Position numbers and translations under genes: made by a program. A stretch of 38,311 nucleotides of DNA, taken from contig NC_068994.1 of the NCBI RefSeq assembly GCF_001194135.2, positions 13,093,278 to 13,131,588 on the forward strand, given 5' to 3'. Source of the stretch: Octopus bimaculoides. Lineage: Eukaryota. The notes under the pieces were generated by a model, which had not been told where the DNA came from, did no database searches, and saw nothing but the letters and a program-made list of their open reading frames with translations. Positions 20,594 through 33,267 of the stretch are shown here, in pieces (the stretch's first letter is position 1; the number at the start of each line of letters is the position of its first letter).

Positions 20594-21390
20594 TCATCAT
20601 CATCATCATCATCGTTTAACGTCCGCTTTCCATGCTAGCATGGGTTGGACGATTTGACTGAGGACTGGTGAAACCGGATGGCAACACCAGGCTCCAATCT
20701 AATTTGGCAGAGTTTCTACAGCTGGATGCCCTTCCTAACGCCAACCACTCAGAGAGTGTAGTGGGTGCTTTTACGTGTCNNNNNNNNNNNNNNNNNNNNN
20801 NNNNNNNNNNNNNNNNNNNNNNNNNNNNNNNNNNNNNNNNNNNNNNNNNNNNNNNNNNNNNNNNNNNNNNNNNNNNNNNNNNNNNNNNNNNNNNNNNNNN
20901 NNNNNNNNNNNNNNNNNNNNNNNNNNNNNNNNNNNNNNNNNNNNNNNNNNNNNNNNNNNNNNNNNNNNNNNNNNNNNNNNNNNNNNNNNNNNNNNNNNNN
21001 NNNNNNNNNNCCCGCACAAGCCAGTCCAGGGGCACTGGCAACGATCTCATCGCCTCGGTGAGGCCCAATGTACGAAGGTCTTGCCTCACCACCTCAGCCC
21101 AGGTCTTCCTGGGCCTACCTCTTCCACAGGTTCCCTCAACTGTTAGGGTGTGGCACTTTTTCACGCAGCTATCCTCATCCATTCTCACCACATGTCCATA
21201 CCAGCGCAATCGTCTCTCTTGCACACCACAACTGATGCTTCTAATGTTCAGCTTTTCTCTCAAGATACTTACACTCTGACGGGTATTCACATTGACATTA
21301 CACATCCAACGGAGCATACTGGCTTCATTTCTTGCGAGCTTACGTATGTCCTCAGCAGTTACAGCCCATGTTTCACTGCCATGTAGCATG
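20594..21390 (-). mobile_element. RTE-clade LINE 3' fragment (contains a gap)
   Basis: MLHGSETWAVT...RNEASMLRWMC...RRLRWYGHVVRM...GRGRPRKTW, followed by a (GAT)n tail. Confidence 0.9.
20780..21010. other. assembly gap (others at 13214-13223, 30878-31079, 36541-37040)
   Basis: Runs of N. Confidence 1.
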
Positions 21391-21469
21391 ATGTACGTAT
21401 ATATGCATATACTCACATATTATTTGTATTATTAAATATCTATGCTTCACTGGTACTCCATTGATTACA

Positions 21470-21765
21470 ACAATGAGATTTCCATTTGGTTTGATCAAAC
21501 AGAAGAGCCTGCTTGTGAAATTAACATGCAAGTGGCTGAGTACCCCACAGGTACACATACCCTTAATGTAGTTCTCATGAAGATTCAGCATAACACACAA
21601 TGTGACAAGGCTGGCCCATTGAACTACAGGTACAACTCATTTTTGCCAGCTGAGTGGACTGGAGCAATGTGAAATAAAGTGTCTTGCTTAAGGACACAAT
21701 GAGCCACCAGGAATTGAACTCACAACCTTATAACCATAAGCTGAATACCTTAACTACTAAACTGC
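21470..21765 (-). mobile_element. diverged SINE family A
   Basis: CCTGCTTGTGAAATTAACATGCAAGTGGCTGAG...GACAAGGCTGGCCCATTGAACTACAGG is homologous to 85-205. Confidence 0.7.
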
Positions 21766-23529
21766 TATACATATTTTTGTCTTTGTATCCTTAATTATCA
21801 TGTCACTTGGTAGTGTTTGTATATAACCTAATTAAACTAATTTCCTAGTTACATATTGGAATGAGACTATTGGGCTTGGCTGTTCAGGCGCTGATTATTT
21901 GGCGTGGCTGACTGAACATTCAATTTGTTTTAGCAACAGTGCTTTTTGGTCCATCACCCATGTAGCACCATTGTGGAATTGGAACTTGGAACACATACTG
22001 CAAGGTATCCAGTTTAGCATTTTTATAGTTTTCAATTCCCTCTCCTGGATTACTCTTTTTTACTGCTACTCTTTTACTTGTTTTGTCATTAAAAGAAATC
22101 CATCAATTTTGATACCACATAGCTACACAAATCACTAGATAGTAGATGGAAACTTTCTGTGTGTCCAACAAACAAGAGAAGAAACAGACTGGACTATCGT
22201 CTGTGATACAATCTACAGTTGACCCTTCATCTGGTATGGTCACATGCCAAGTCTTTGAGCATCAACATTGGCTAGCCAGGTGCTACACTAGTGTCCAAGA
22301 CCCAACGCAGAATAACAATGTTAAACGACAGGCAGCAGAACCACCACTGAATGAAAACTTCAACAACACAAGCAAGGAGTTAAAACACTCATTCTAAATA
22401 TGTATTTTTATTGCCTCATGTTTCAAGACTTAGAAGGTGTTAAAAATTTCAGTCTGAATAATTTATGCTCAGAGAGATGTTTTGTAGTAGAGTATATTTT
22501 ATTAAGCACATTATATTTATAAACTGGTTTTCAATAGTCTTTCAATCTTGAAGTATATCACATTGAACAATCCAAAAAATACCACTAAAAATTATGGTAG
22601 CTTTAAGTTCTTAATTCCTGATCATGTTTCATAATTTAAACTGAAGTAAAACATTTTGAGATTACAATTGAGAAGCTTTTACACAAATTTATTTTAGTGT
22701 TTCTATTTTCAAAGAATAGATTTTACCAACTTCTTTTGTTTACCAAACTAGAACAATTTACTTTATGGTAAAGTTGCACAAAGCCATTTAAAATATACAT
22801 ATGTCTATTATTTTATAACAGCAGTAGCATTTAAAATAACATAGATTATCTGAAACCAGTCATAAATGTGAAAAGTATGACATTGATACTTATTGACATA
22901 CATAATGTCAGAATGTTTATCCATAAATTCTGCATGTTCTTCGTGAATGACATCAAGACATTGTTGATAAAATTATCCACAATTATATATATAAAAAAAA
23001 CAATATATTTCAGTAATTTGTTTGACAATACAAAACACAATTCAGAGAAAATGATTTCAGAATTGCTTCTAAAATCCTAATTTTTTTTAATACTCTGTAT
23101 TTTTTTTAACCCTTTACCAATCATTTTTTTCTGTCAAATGCATTATTGATTCACATTATTTTGAATCAACCATGCACTATTTCATAACTTCAATATTTTG
23201 ATAATGTGATTGTTTATTTTTAGAATGACATTGTGTAGGGTAGGTGTGAAAGGCTAAATCTGGTCAGTTTGAACATAGAACAAGTAGAATATTCGGGCCT
23301 GATATGGCTGGTTTAACCATTTAGCATTTAATCTGGCCCAAATATTATACCTGTTTTATGTTAAAACTGACTAGATCCAACCTCTCATACCTACCCTACA
23401 ATGTCATTCTAAAAATATACAAACACATTGTTGAAATCTTGAATCTATAAAATAACGTATGATTAATTCAAAACAATGTGAATAAATAAGCAATACATCT
23501 GTCAAAGAAATCTGAATGCTAAAGGGTTT

Positions 23530-23715
23530 ATGAACATGACTTATGGAGTCAAAATTTCCATCTACTTCACACCAATATTCTTTTTCTCCATGGATACATA
23601 TGAACAACTAAAGTGAGCAGTTTGACATATTTCTGAGAATATACTCATGAATCAGATAGAATTTGAGCAATTCCTAAAAAACAGATTTACTGCATATTTT
23701 ACAGTGATAGAAATT
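23530..23715 (-). pseudogene. decayed zinc-finger repeats 3' of ZNF-3
   Basis: After TAG: FYHCKICSKSVFRN... and ICIHGEKEYWCEVDGNF. Confidence 0.65.
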
Positions 23716-24327
23716 CTATCCAGTGTGTACTCTTTTGTGTGATTTTAAACTACCATTTTCACTGAAAGATTTCCCACAGATATCACAATGATATAGTTTT
23801 TCTCCAGTGTGTATTTTTTCATGTGTTTTTAATCTGTTATTGCTGAAAGACTTGCCACAAATTTTACAGTGGAAAGGTTTTTCCCCAGTATGTGATCGTT
23901 TGTGAACTACAAGAGCAGACGTCACTGTGAAAGATTTCTCACATATATCACAATCATACGGTTTTTCTCCAGTGTGTGTTCTTATGTGTGATTTTAAACT
24001 GAGCTGCTGAGTGAACGATTTCCCACAAGTCTCGCAGTGAAACGGTTTTTCTCCAGTATGTGTCCTTATGTGACTTTTTAAATGCGTATTACGAACAAAC
24101 GATTTCCCACATATTTCACAAGGAAACGGTTTTTCTGTAATATGTATCTTTTTGTGACTACCTAAATTCGAATTAGTGACAAAAGATTTCCCACAAATAT
24201 CACAGTGATAAGATTTTTCTTCGTTATGTCTTATTTTGTGTCTTTTTAAAACACTGTTATTAACGAATGTTTTCCCACACATTTCGCAATGGAATCGACT
24301 TTCTCCAGCATGTATTGATTTGAGCAT
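23716..24327 (-). CDS. C2H2 zinc-finger protein (ZNF-3), 7 fingers
   Basis: 203 aa. Close paralogue of ZNF-1 with the same shortened SNNRL finger and the same HKRVHTG* end. Confidence 0.9.
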   Translation of the reverse strand: MLKSIHAGESRFHCEMCGKTFVNNSVLKRHKIRHNEEKSYHCDICGKSFVTNSNLGSHKKIHITEKPFPCEICGKSFVRNTHLKSHIRTHTGEKPFHCETCGKSFTQQLSLKSHIRTHTGEKPYDCDICEKSFTVTSALVVHKRSHTGEKPFHCKICGKSFSNNRLKTHEKIHTGEKLYHCDICGKSFSENGSLKSHKRVHTG

Positions 24328-25541
24328 TTTTTAAATTCCCAAGTTTGACAAGATTTCAAACGAATTTTAATGCGATTGTTTTTTTCTCTGATATTTACAA
24401 GTTTGTAGATTACAATATTTATATATAACCGTTCAATGCGATATAATGAAATTGATTGTTGTAAAGATATAAAGATGCAAAATTGGTTCTGAAGTATAAC
24501 GATATAAAATAAAATGACATTTAATTTTTAAAAAAAATCTTTTAATAAGAAGGCAGGGTAGTGCCTACAGTCGTTTAGTCTCCGAGGCAAGTGGGAGGGC
24601 GTGAGTCCTCGATCCTCAAACTGAATCGGGCTGAGTTTTTGGTTGGTGTTAAATCGAGCGTCGGATTAAGTCTACAACCCGGCGGGATTTGAACTCCGAA
24701 CGCAAAGAGCAAATACCGCAAGATATGCGATCAAACAGTTCTACAATTCGTCTTGGATAGATAATTTTTTTTTATCGACCCCGAAAGGATAAAAGACAAA
24801 GTTGACTTCGGTGGGGTTTGAACCGAGAGCGCGAAAGAGAGAAAGAACGATCAATTTCGAACTAAACTGAATTGAATTTATATTTCTTTATGTCTGTTAT
24901 GCTAAGTAAACATAAAAGAAAACAGAATTTGAAAATAAATATAAAAGTCTCACAAGACTTTTTTTTTTTTTTAATGTGTTAAAATCCAATAAAACATGAT
25001 CAAACACGACTGATGTTGACAAAAGAAGTGTTGTGTAGTTTTCTGTGTGTTTTGACAATCACAGTGTTGTTATTTAAAGTCAACAAAACTGTATAAGTGT
25101 TTATGCGAATTAGATTTGAAAGGATTTAGCTGCTATGTCCCAAACTGTCAAACGAACGTCTTGATATATACAAACACGAGCACTGTGCAGGGATCGATCT
25201 GTTCTGTGTGTATGGATAATGTATAATTTACATATTCGAGTCTGTATGTTGCAAAATGCTTTGTTTGGCTTATAGCAGCAATGTTTGAGTAAATTAGCTA
25301 CTCCCAGTGGAAATACTACAAATCCTTCGTTCAGTTAAGCGAAGATTTATTTTGTTGGCGGTGAATCCATTTCATTCATTTCTTTAGTTGTCCACATTGT
25401 TATTTTTTATGATGTATATATCTCTCACTTCCGCCTCCGTTCATATCACGTGGCCTGTTATAGATTTTTTTGCGTAATCTTTTATATGTATTCAATAAAA
25501 ACACTACAAACGAGCGTACATATCTACATTGTTATTGTAAA

Positions 25542-25735
25542 GGCGGCGAGCTGGTAGAATCGTTAGCACGTCGGGCGAAGTGCTTAGCGATATTTCGTCT
25601 GCGTTCAAATTCCGCCGAGGTGGACTTTGCCTTTCATCGATAAATTAAGTACCAGTTGAAGACTGCGGTCGTTGTAATCGACACAGCCCCTTCCCCCAAA
25701 CGGTTACCTTTGTGGCAAAAATTGAAACCATTATT
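25542..25735 (+). mobile_element. tRNA-derived SINE, family B
   Basis: GGCGGCGAGCTGGTAGAATCGTTAGCACG...GTTCAAATTCCGCCGAGG...GCCTTTCATC...AAATTAAGTACCAG, with an (ATT)n tail. Copies at about 33268, 38001, 18885 and 24690. Confidence 0.8.
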
Positions 25736-25779
25736 ATTATTATTGTAATCTTCCGGACGTCTATCTATCTATCTATCAT

Positions 25780-26000
25780 TATCATTTAGCGTCCGCTTTC
25801 CATGCAGGCATGGGGTAGAAGGTTTGACTGGAATTGGTAAGTCGGAGAACTGCACCAGGTTCCAGTCTGACCTTGGGTTGGTTTCTACAGCTGGATGCCC
25901 TTCATAATGCCAACCACTCCAAGAGTTATCAGCATGGGTGCTTTTATGTATTCCTGGCACCAGCCACAACTATGATTTCACTTGGCTTAACAAGTCTTCT
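25780..26000 (-). mobile_element. RTE-3'-derived SINE-like element, family C
   Basis: TTTAGCGTCCGCTTTCCATGCAGGCATGGG...TTTCTACAGCTGGATGCCCTTC is homologous to the RTE 3' ends at 1800-1950 and 20594-20780. Confidence 0.75.
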
Positions 26001-27398
26001 CAAGCACATCAAATAGCCAAAGGTCACGATGACTTATCACCTTTGTGAGACCCTACAAATTTTGCTGCGAAGCCAGCAATTTTGGTGGGGAGGGGACAAG
26101 TGAATTACATCAACCCCCAGCACCAATCTGGTACTTATTTTATGTGCAAATATGTATGAATGCAAAAATGCTTGTTTGTCTTTAGAATTTGAATACATGT
26201 GCAGAATATGTAAGTGTTATGACAGGGAGGTAGTCGGACATAAATTGTAATCAACTGTGTGTGTGTGTGATGGTTGGTGGTAAAACATTCTTTGATGAGC
26301 TGTCTTACTCATCCTGTCCAAGGATTGAAAGTACAATCTTACAATCATGATTCCAACACCCTAACCACGAAGCCACGCGTCTCCACATGCATCATACAGA
26401 TATATCCCGAGATTTATCATATTACCTAGTATTTACGCATAGTATTTTGTTTACATACACAATATCTGAATACACGCACTTTCTGTAATTTTTATTTTAT
26501 TTTTGTAAACATTTACCAATGTGAGTGAATCACGTGATCCAGTTCAACGGGAACGAGAGAATAAACAACACCCACAATCTTATTCGGTAAATACCATACT
26601 CTATAACATATTTCCATAGCAGATCTATTTAAGCATGTTATGTTTATATTTATATAATAATAACATCAACATTCGACACAAGTGTACCAGTAGAAACAAC
26701 ACTCCCAGTTCTATAAAATATATACCGTTATTATAACACACAGAATACTCTATAGAAACATACATGATACAGTGATCTCCCTTGTCTATATCAGCTGTAA
26801 CTGTTCAATAACCAATTATATACAACAATTATCGATATGTTTGATCGGATTTTAACATATTAAAAAAGAAAGTCTTGATAGTTATTTTCAAATCCTGTTT
26901 CATATTCTATTTACGTCCTTGGAGAAATATATATCTAATTTAGATCGTAATTGATTTAATTGTCACTAACTGCGAATCATTTAATTTTATATATGTGTAT
27001 ATAATTATTAAGTATAAGCTTCAAATTTGTGTGGTTATATACTGAATTCCATTATACAATGTGAAAAAGTGGTTCGTTTGTCTTTCGTTTTGTGATATCC
27101 TAAGCAAGGAAAGTGAACCCCATTATGTATACTCGCAAATTATACAGAAACAACTGTAGAGAACCGATATGTATTAAGACGTCTATCATGATGATAATTT
27201 TGAGATAACTGTTTGTCACTTGGCATATTCTTATCTACCATATTCATTTAAAAATACTCATTAAAAGGTACTCGTTAGAATACCTTTTAGTGTACCCATT
27301 TTGAAAGATACGTAACGCTACAGTCTGAAGTTTCACCTTTCTCTGTGGCATTCGTGGAGAGTAATTCATTGGGAAATAAATAAATAAATAAATAAATA

Positions 27399-27557
27399 TT
27401 GTTATTGTGGAATATGTCAAGTATCATTTCTCGTGTAATTATCAAACAAGTACACATGGCAGAAAGATATTGGCGTTCTGATAATACCAGATAACTTTCC
27501 AGAGTCGAATCAAAGATGAGGTGTGGAATTTATAGAAAATTATTTTCACTTAAAGTT
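27399..27557 (+). repeat. about 160-bp direct repeat, upstream copy (relic-finger derived)
   Basis: Aligns with 28668-28825 (offset about 1269 bp); translates YCGICQVSF...KQVH in pieces. Confidence 0.8.
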
Positions 27558-27636
27558 TTGTTGTCCACATACGTGTAGATGTTGCAGTGGAAAATCCAGT
27601 CATTGTGAAGTATTTGTCAAGATTTGATATTTAAAA

Positions 27637-28521
27637 ATGCACAAGAGAAAACTCATTGGAGAAAGACGATTTTGTGAAAAATGTGGGAAATCGTTTGTAA
27701 ATGACATGGCTCTAGAAACACACAGAAGAAGGCACGCTGAAGAAAGGTCCTATCATTGTGATGTTTGTGGGAAATCATTTTTCGTTGTTGGGTATTTAAA
27801 TAGGCACAAACGAATACACACTGGCGTAAAGCCATATCATTGTGAAATATGTGGGACATCTTTTCTCCGTAATAGCCATTTGGAAAGACATATAAGGATA
27901 CACACGGGAGAAAAACCATTTCAGTGTGAAATATGTGGAAAAACTTTTGCCCGTAGTAGCCATGTAAAAATACACGTAAGGACACATACTGGAGAAAAAC
28001 CGTTTCACTGTGAAACGTGTGGGAAAGCTTTCATTGAGAATAGTAGTTTAAAATCACACATAAGAGTCCATACAGGAGAAAAACCTTTCCATTGTGAAAT
28101 ATGCGGAACCTCTTTCAGTCAAAACAGTACTTTAAAAGGACACGAACGAATACACACTGGTGAAAAGCCATATCGTTGTGAAATATGTGGTAACTCTTTT
28201 AGCGATAAGAGTACCTTAAAAGTACATAAAAGAATACACACTGGAGAGAGACCATTCCAGTGTGATATATGCGGGGCCTCTTTTAGTTATAAGAGTACTT
28301 TAAACGGACATAAAGCAATACACACGGGAGTGACCCCATATCAGTGTGAAATATGTGGGAAATCTTTCTGTAAAAATACTACTTTAAAATCACATAAAAA
28401 TCTACACACTGGAGAAAAGCCATATCACTGTGAAATATGCAGGAAACTTTTCTCCAGTAATTCTTCTCTTATAAATCATAAACGCAGTCACATTGGAGAA
28501 AATGAAGCTACATCATTGTGA
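27637..28521 (+). CDS. C2H2 zinc-finger protein (ZNF-4), 10 fingers
   Basis: 294 aa finger array. Relic fingers continue out of frame after the stop (HHCEMFGK..., LVAHKQIH, PYQCEICKK) to about 28610. Confidence 0.9.
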   Translation: MHKRKLIGERRFCEKCGKSFVNDMALETHRRRHAEERSYHCDVCGKSFFVVGYLNRHKRIHTGVKPYHCEICGTSFLRNSHLERHIRIHTGEKPFQCEICGKTFARSSHVKIHVRTHTGEKPFHCETCGKAFIENSSLKSHIRVHTGEKPFHCEICGTSFSQNSTLKGHERIHTGEKPYRCEICGNSFSDKSTLKVHKRIHTGERPFQCDICGASFSYKSTLNGHKAIHTGVTPYQCEICGKSFCKNTTLKSHKNLHTGEKPYHCEICRKLFSSNSSLINHKRSHIGENEATSL

Positions 28522-28667
28522 AATGTTTGGAAAACTTTTCTGAATTCTAAACTTGTCGCCCATAAACAAATACATACCATATCAATGTGAAATATGTAAG
28601 AAATAACTCAGTAAAAGTTTGATTGTAAGTCGCGCGTGCACACACTCTCTCTCTCTCTCTCTCTCTC

Positions 28668-28825
28668 TTGTTATTGCGGAATGTTTTAAGTATCATTTCT
28701 TGTGTAATTATCGAACAAATACACATTACAGAAAGATATTGGCATTCTGATAATTTCAGATAACGTTTTCAGAATTGGATCAAAGAGATGAGGAATTTAG
28801 AGAAAATTACTTTTAATTTAAAGTT
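28668..28825 (+). repeat. about 160-bp direct repeat, downstream copy
   Basis: TTGTTATTGCGGAAT...CAGAAAGATATTGGCATTCTGATAAT...TAAAGTT matches 27399-27557. Confidence 0.8.
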
Positions 28826-29029
28826 AATTTATTAAACTCAAAAATATATCATTAAAGAGATTTGTTTCAAAAACAATTGCATCATGGTATTGATTCTTTA
28901 TTTTCTTCTATTTATTTAACTAACAATGTCTTTCACCTCACATGTATAACTTTGGTAACTGGTAGTCTATGCTGAAATAAATACTATTCTCAAGAAATAA
29001 TAATAATACCAAACAACTGAATATCATCT

Positions 29030-29780
29030 TCATTGTCATCGCAGTTTTTAACGTCCACTTTTCTATGCTTGCATGGACCAGACAGAATTTACTGAGACAA
29101 ATTTTCTACAGCCACATGCCATTTTTTGTCACCAACCTTTCCCTGTTTCCAAGGAAGGTAATATTTTTCAGTGGCCTGACATGTTTTTGAAGAATGAGAC
29201 ACAAACATACATTTACTCTCACTTGCACATACATATATGTGAGGGGGTACCCGAAAGTAAGTGGAAATGTTCTCTGTGGGACAAGTCTGTTGTAGTTCAG
29301 GCTTGAAGTTCAAGATTGAAGAGTACTCTTAAATGGGCCGGTTATGTTGCACTGGCATAGGCCATGGTTACGGCCTCACTTGGCTTGCCGGGTCTTCTCA
29401 AGCACACCATATCTCCAAAGGTTTCGGTCACTTGTCATTGCCACTGTGAGGCTCAATGTTCAAAGGTCATGCTTCACCACCTCATCCCAGGTCTTCCTGG
29501 GTCTACCTCTTCCACAAGTTCCCTCTACTGCTAGGGTGTGACACTTTTTCACACAGCTGCCCTCATCCATATGCAACACATGACCATACTAGCACAGTCA
29601 TCTCTCTTGCACTCTACATCTGATACTTTTTATGTCCAGTTTTTCTCTCAGGGCGCTTACACTCTATCGTGTATGCACACTGACATTACACATCTAGTGG
29701 AGCATACTAGCTTCGTTCCTTGTAAGCTTACACATGTCCTCAGCAGTCACGGACCATGTTTCGCTGACATATAGTATGGC
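29030..29780 (-). mobile_element. diverged RTE LINE 3' fragment
   Basis: Collinear with 20594-21390 (GGTCTTCCTGGGTCTACCTCTTCCACAAGTTCCCTC...) with many substitutions. Confidence 0.8.
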
Positions 29781-29829
29781 TGTTTGCAATGTATATATAT
29801 ATATATATATATATTATACTTTGATACTC

Positions 29830-30687
29830 TGATAGCTTTCAGCCAGTATCGGTGCAAACCATGTCCAACTTAATAGCACCACCTGGCAAAGTCATTCAAA
29901 TCAGGAATCGGACAACATGGCCCACTCAAGGAGAGAGTTATTTTGTATGGAGACATATCCGAGTGTAGGAGGTTTATCCAGGATTTTTTGAAGGAATTTG
30001 TCCCAAGACTTGTTGAACTTTATTGGGTCTATTTCTGCTTTAATGTGTTTTGGTGTAATGTTAAAGAGAGCTGGGTCAATTGAGGTGAAATAATTGTGCC
30101 GTATTGTTGTTATGTGATGTGAGTATGATTTATGTTGTGGGTGGATAGCATGGGGTCCAAGTCTTCGGTGTATCTTAAACGCAATGCCAGAATCATTTGG
30201 GCAATGCTAATGGAATATTTTCCACATCATGCAGATGATGTAGCGCTCACGGTAGCATTGGAAAGAATAAAGCTTGAGCTTTTTTGGTCAACCCCAATAG
30301 TCAAGGCCTGTCATGCCATCTATCTTTTTTGTAATTGACCTTTGAGGTGCTTCAATTTTCATGATACTTTGTTTCATATGGGGAGACCACAGTGGACTAC
30401 AGTATTCAAGGAGGGGTCAGGCAAAATTAGAGAAGTGGATCGTAATGGTGTGGATATCTCTCAACTGGAAAGTTCTGAGAATCCAAGAGCACATTCTGTG
30501 GGCCATGTCAACTTTGCTGTTTATATGAGTGTCCCAGCTTATGTTGTTGTCCACAATTACTCTCAAATCCCTGATGTTGTTGGATGCCATGAGAGTTTCA
30601 AGGTATCCTCTTTTCTGAAGTGGATTAATTCAAATTTGTCCTCATTCAGTAGCATATTATTCTTTTCTGCCCATTGGATGACAGCCA

Positions 30688-30690
<3 letters not shown>
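29830..30690 (-). mobile_element. CR1/L2-group LINE C-terminal fragment
   Basis: Minus strand IQWAEKNNMLLNEDKFELIHF ... PLLEYCSPLWSP ... QRSITKKIDG...LDYW, with stops. Confidence 0.75.
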
Positions 30691-30734
<44 letters not shown>

Positions 30735-31221
30735 ATATATATATAAAATGTATATATATATATATATGTATATAAATACATGTATATATATATAATGTAT
30801 TTATACGTGTATATATGTGTGTGTGTGTGTGTAAGAAGCAAAGATAACCAATTTGTTAATAAACGATTATTAACTTTNNNNNNNNNNNNNNNNNNNNNNN
30901 NNNNNNNNNNNNNNNNNNNNNNNNNNNNNNNNNNNNNNNNNNNNNNNNNNNNNNNNNNNNNNNNNNNNNNNNNNNNNNNNNNNNNNNNNNNNNNNNNNNN
31001 NNNNNNNNNNNNNNNNNNNNNNNNNNNNNNNNNNNNNNNNNNNNNNNNNNNNNNNNNNNNNNNNNNNNNNNNNNNNNNNTAATACATCCTTTTGTTATTT
31101 ACACCACCTGTCCTCGTCTGTTGTTGTTTTTTCGTATATTCTCCCATATATATATATATATATATATATACAGATGTATATGCACACATAATGGGCTTCT
31201 TTCGGTTTCCATCTACCAAAC

Positions 31222-31368
31222 CCAGTGATTGTAGGAGCACTTGGAATGATCATAAAAGGAAGTGAAAATGATTTAAGAATGATCCTTGACTTGCTGTCCA
31301 TGCAGGAAGTACAAAAGATTGTCTTAACTGGTACGTCACACGTATTAAGAAGAGCATTGTCGCTGTGA
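31222..31368 (+). mobile_element. 3' end of an RLE-type (R2/R4/NeSL-group) non-LTR retrotransposon
   Basis: PVIVGALGMIIKGSENDLRMILDLLSMQEVQKIVLTGTSHVLRRALSL* matches the P..IGALG...QK..L.GT..ILR C-terminal pattern. Confidence 0.65.
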
Positions 31369-33073
31369 ATTATCTTTTCCTTTTTCTTCTTTATTTTCTT
31401 TGGTTACTTTTTAATTTTTTCCTTTATGTCTCATATAATTAACTTAGGTTTAAGTTGGAAAATTGGCAGTTGAATAGAATACATTGGTATTTGTTCTTGG
31501 TTTCTCCTGACTAAGCCAACTTTGCCTTTCATTTATAAAGTACCAACCAGCACTGGGACAATTTCTCCTCTCTCTCTTACTCAGCTGCTTGAATAAGATA
31601 AGACAGGAGCATTCATACTGCAGTCCCATCAATAACTCCCACATGTCTATAGACACAAGAAAAAAGAAACAGCTTTGGTCTACCTTCCTATATTTTTGTT
31701 CTCGCTCCAGCTACATTTCTGACAGATTCCCAAATGTTTGAAATTGTTTTTACAGATTTTGAATTATCCATCTTAAAATTCCTCTCTGCTGCCACCATCC
31801 TGCACCAAAGTGTTTCCACCATACGTTAATTTTATTCCACTTTATGTGAATGTGTTTCATCACTCATATATATTTTTGTTTTTGCTATAGAATTTCAAAT
31901 ATTTTTGAATAATTTATTTAAAACTGTTAACTAAAATAACTTCATAGGACTATCAGAATTGGGGTGTGACTTCAGCATATTAACTGATCAATGTCTTAAT
32001 GTATTCGAGAATTAGCAGCAACAATACATGCTAATAAAAAGGAAATAAAAAAGAGATGTCGGCTGTAAGCTGAAGTGAAGATATTTCATCATGGAGAGTA
32101 GTAAATTTGAAAAGAGCCTGATATGAAGCAGAGGGGACACTTAAGTTGTCTCAGGTATTGGTAGTATGATGAAATACATATAGACTATACTGTTAAGTCA
32201 TGAAGTTTATGACCCACTCTGATATGTCAGATTTACAAATATAGGCGCAGGAGTGGCTCTGTGGTAAGTAGCTTGCTTATTGTATATTTAAAATTGTAAA
32301 TATTTAATTGATACAGCTACTTCACCCCTTTTATGTTTGTCTGTCCTTGTTCATCCCCTCTTTGTAATGCCTTTATGGCAAATATTTATGAAATAAAGTA
32401 GCTTGCTTACTAACCGCATTGTTCCCTGTTCAGTCCCAAAAACTTGTTGCTGGATGTAAACTAGAGTTAATGGTTATAATTTTGAATCCAGTTATGATGT
32501 TTTTATTAGTAACAACACCATTATGATGACCATTGTTGACCACTGCAAGAACATGGTAGAAAAAAGCCATTCTGTCAATAAGAAAGAGAACGTCTAGAAA
32601 CATTATTGATCTGAACTAAACATTGAGGATTACATACATACATACATACACACACATGTTGAGCTTTTATAACGGTCATTCTTTTTATTAGCTGTGTTGA
32701 TTCGAGAGGACAATTTTAGCCCTTTCCTAAAGTATTAATCTCTACATCAGTACTGAGCAACAGTGATGCTTTCAGGAAATGTTTAGGTTCTTTAGGCTCA
32801 TATTGAATAGCATCCATTATCTTTCATCAATTAACCAGCCACGCAAACACAAATATAGCCACAAACTTTTCTAAATTTCGACTCTGTTGCTCTGCCATCA
32901 ACACGTATTCCTAAAAGAACGCATTTTATTAGTATTTAGCTATTGTGTGGAGAAAGAGTGTTGGCTATCATGAATGGGACTATCAAAAGAAATAATGTGA
33001 TTTTCATTTATTAACAATTGTTTTGTTAAATATGAACTGAATTGAAACGGATTTATATTAAAGCAAAAGGGAC

Positions 33074-33254
33074 AGTTGAGTAACCTTTATATATTACAGG
33101 CACAACGGCTCCAAAAGTGAACTGTTTGGAAATGTGGGTTTATGTAGATCCTGCCATTTTTGATCAAAGCCACATCTACATAAACTCACATTTCTAAGCC
33201 GTTCACGTCTGATGATGAATCTTTGTGCCTGAAAAACATTAAGGTTACTCAACT
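33074..33254. repeat. imperfect foldback element
   Basis: Nested inverted arms: AGTTGAGTAACCTT/AAGGTTACTCAACT, CAGGCACA/TGTGCCTG, and a 33-bp arm pair (33117-33149 / 33174-33206) with 4 mismatches. Confidence 0.75.
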
Positions 33255-33267
33255 TTACCTTTCGCTT

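Noticed and set aside
21899-22397. Two short ORFs
   Set aside because: No recognisable domain and no convincing splice pattern.
33206-33255. CTGATGA...GAAA hammerhead-ribozyme-like core
   Set aside because: Stem II has no closing pair, and the A15.1-U16.1/NUH site cannot be formed; the sequence is explained by the foldback element.
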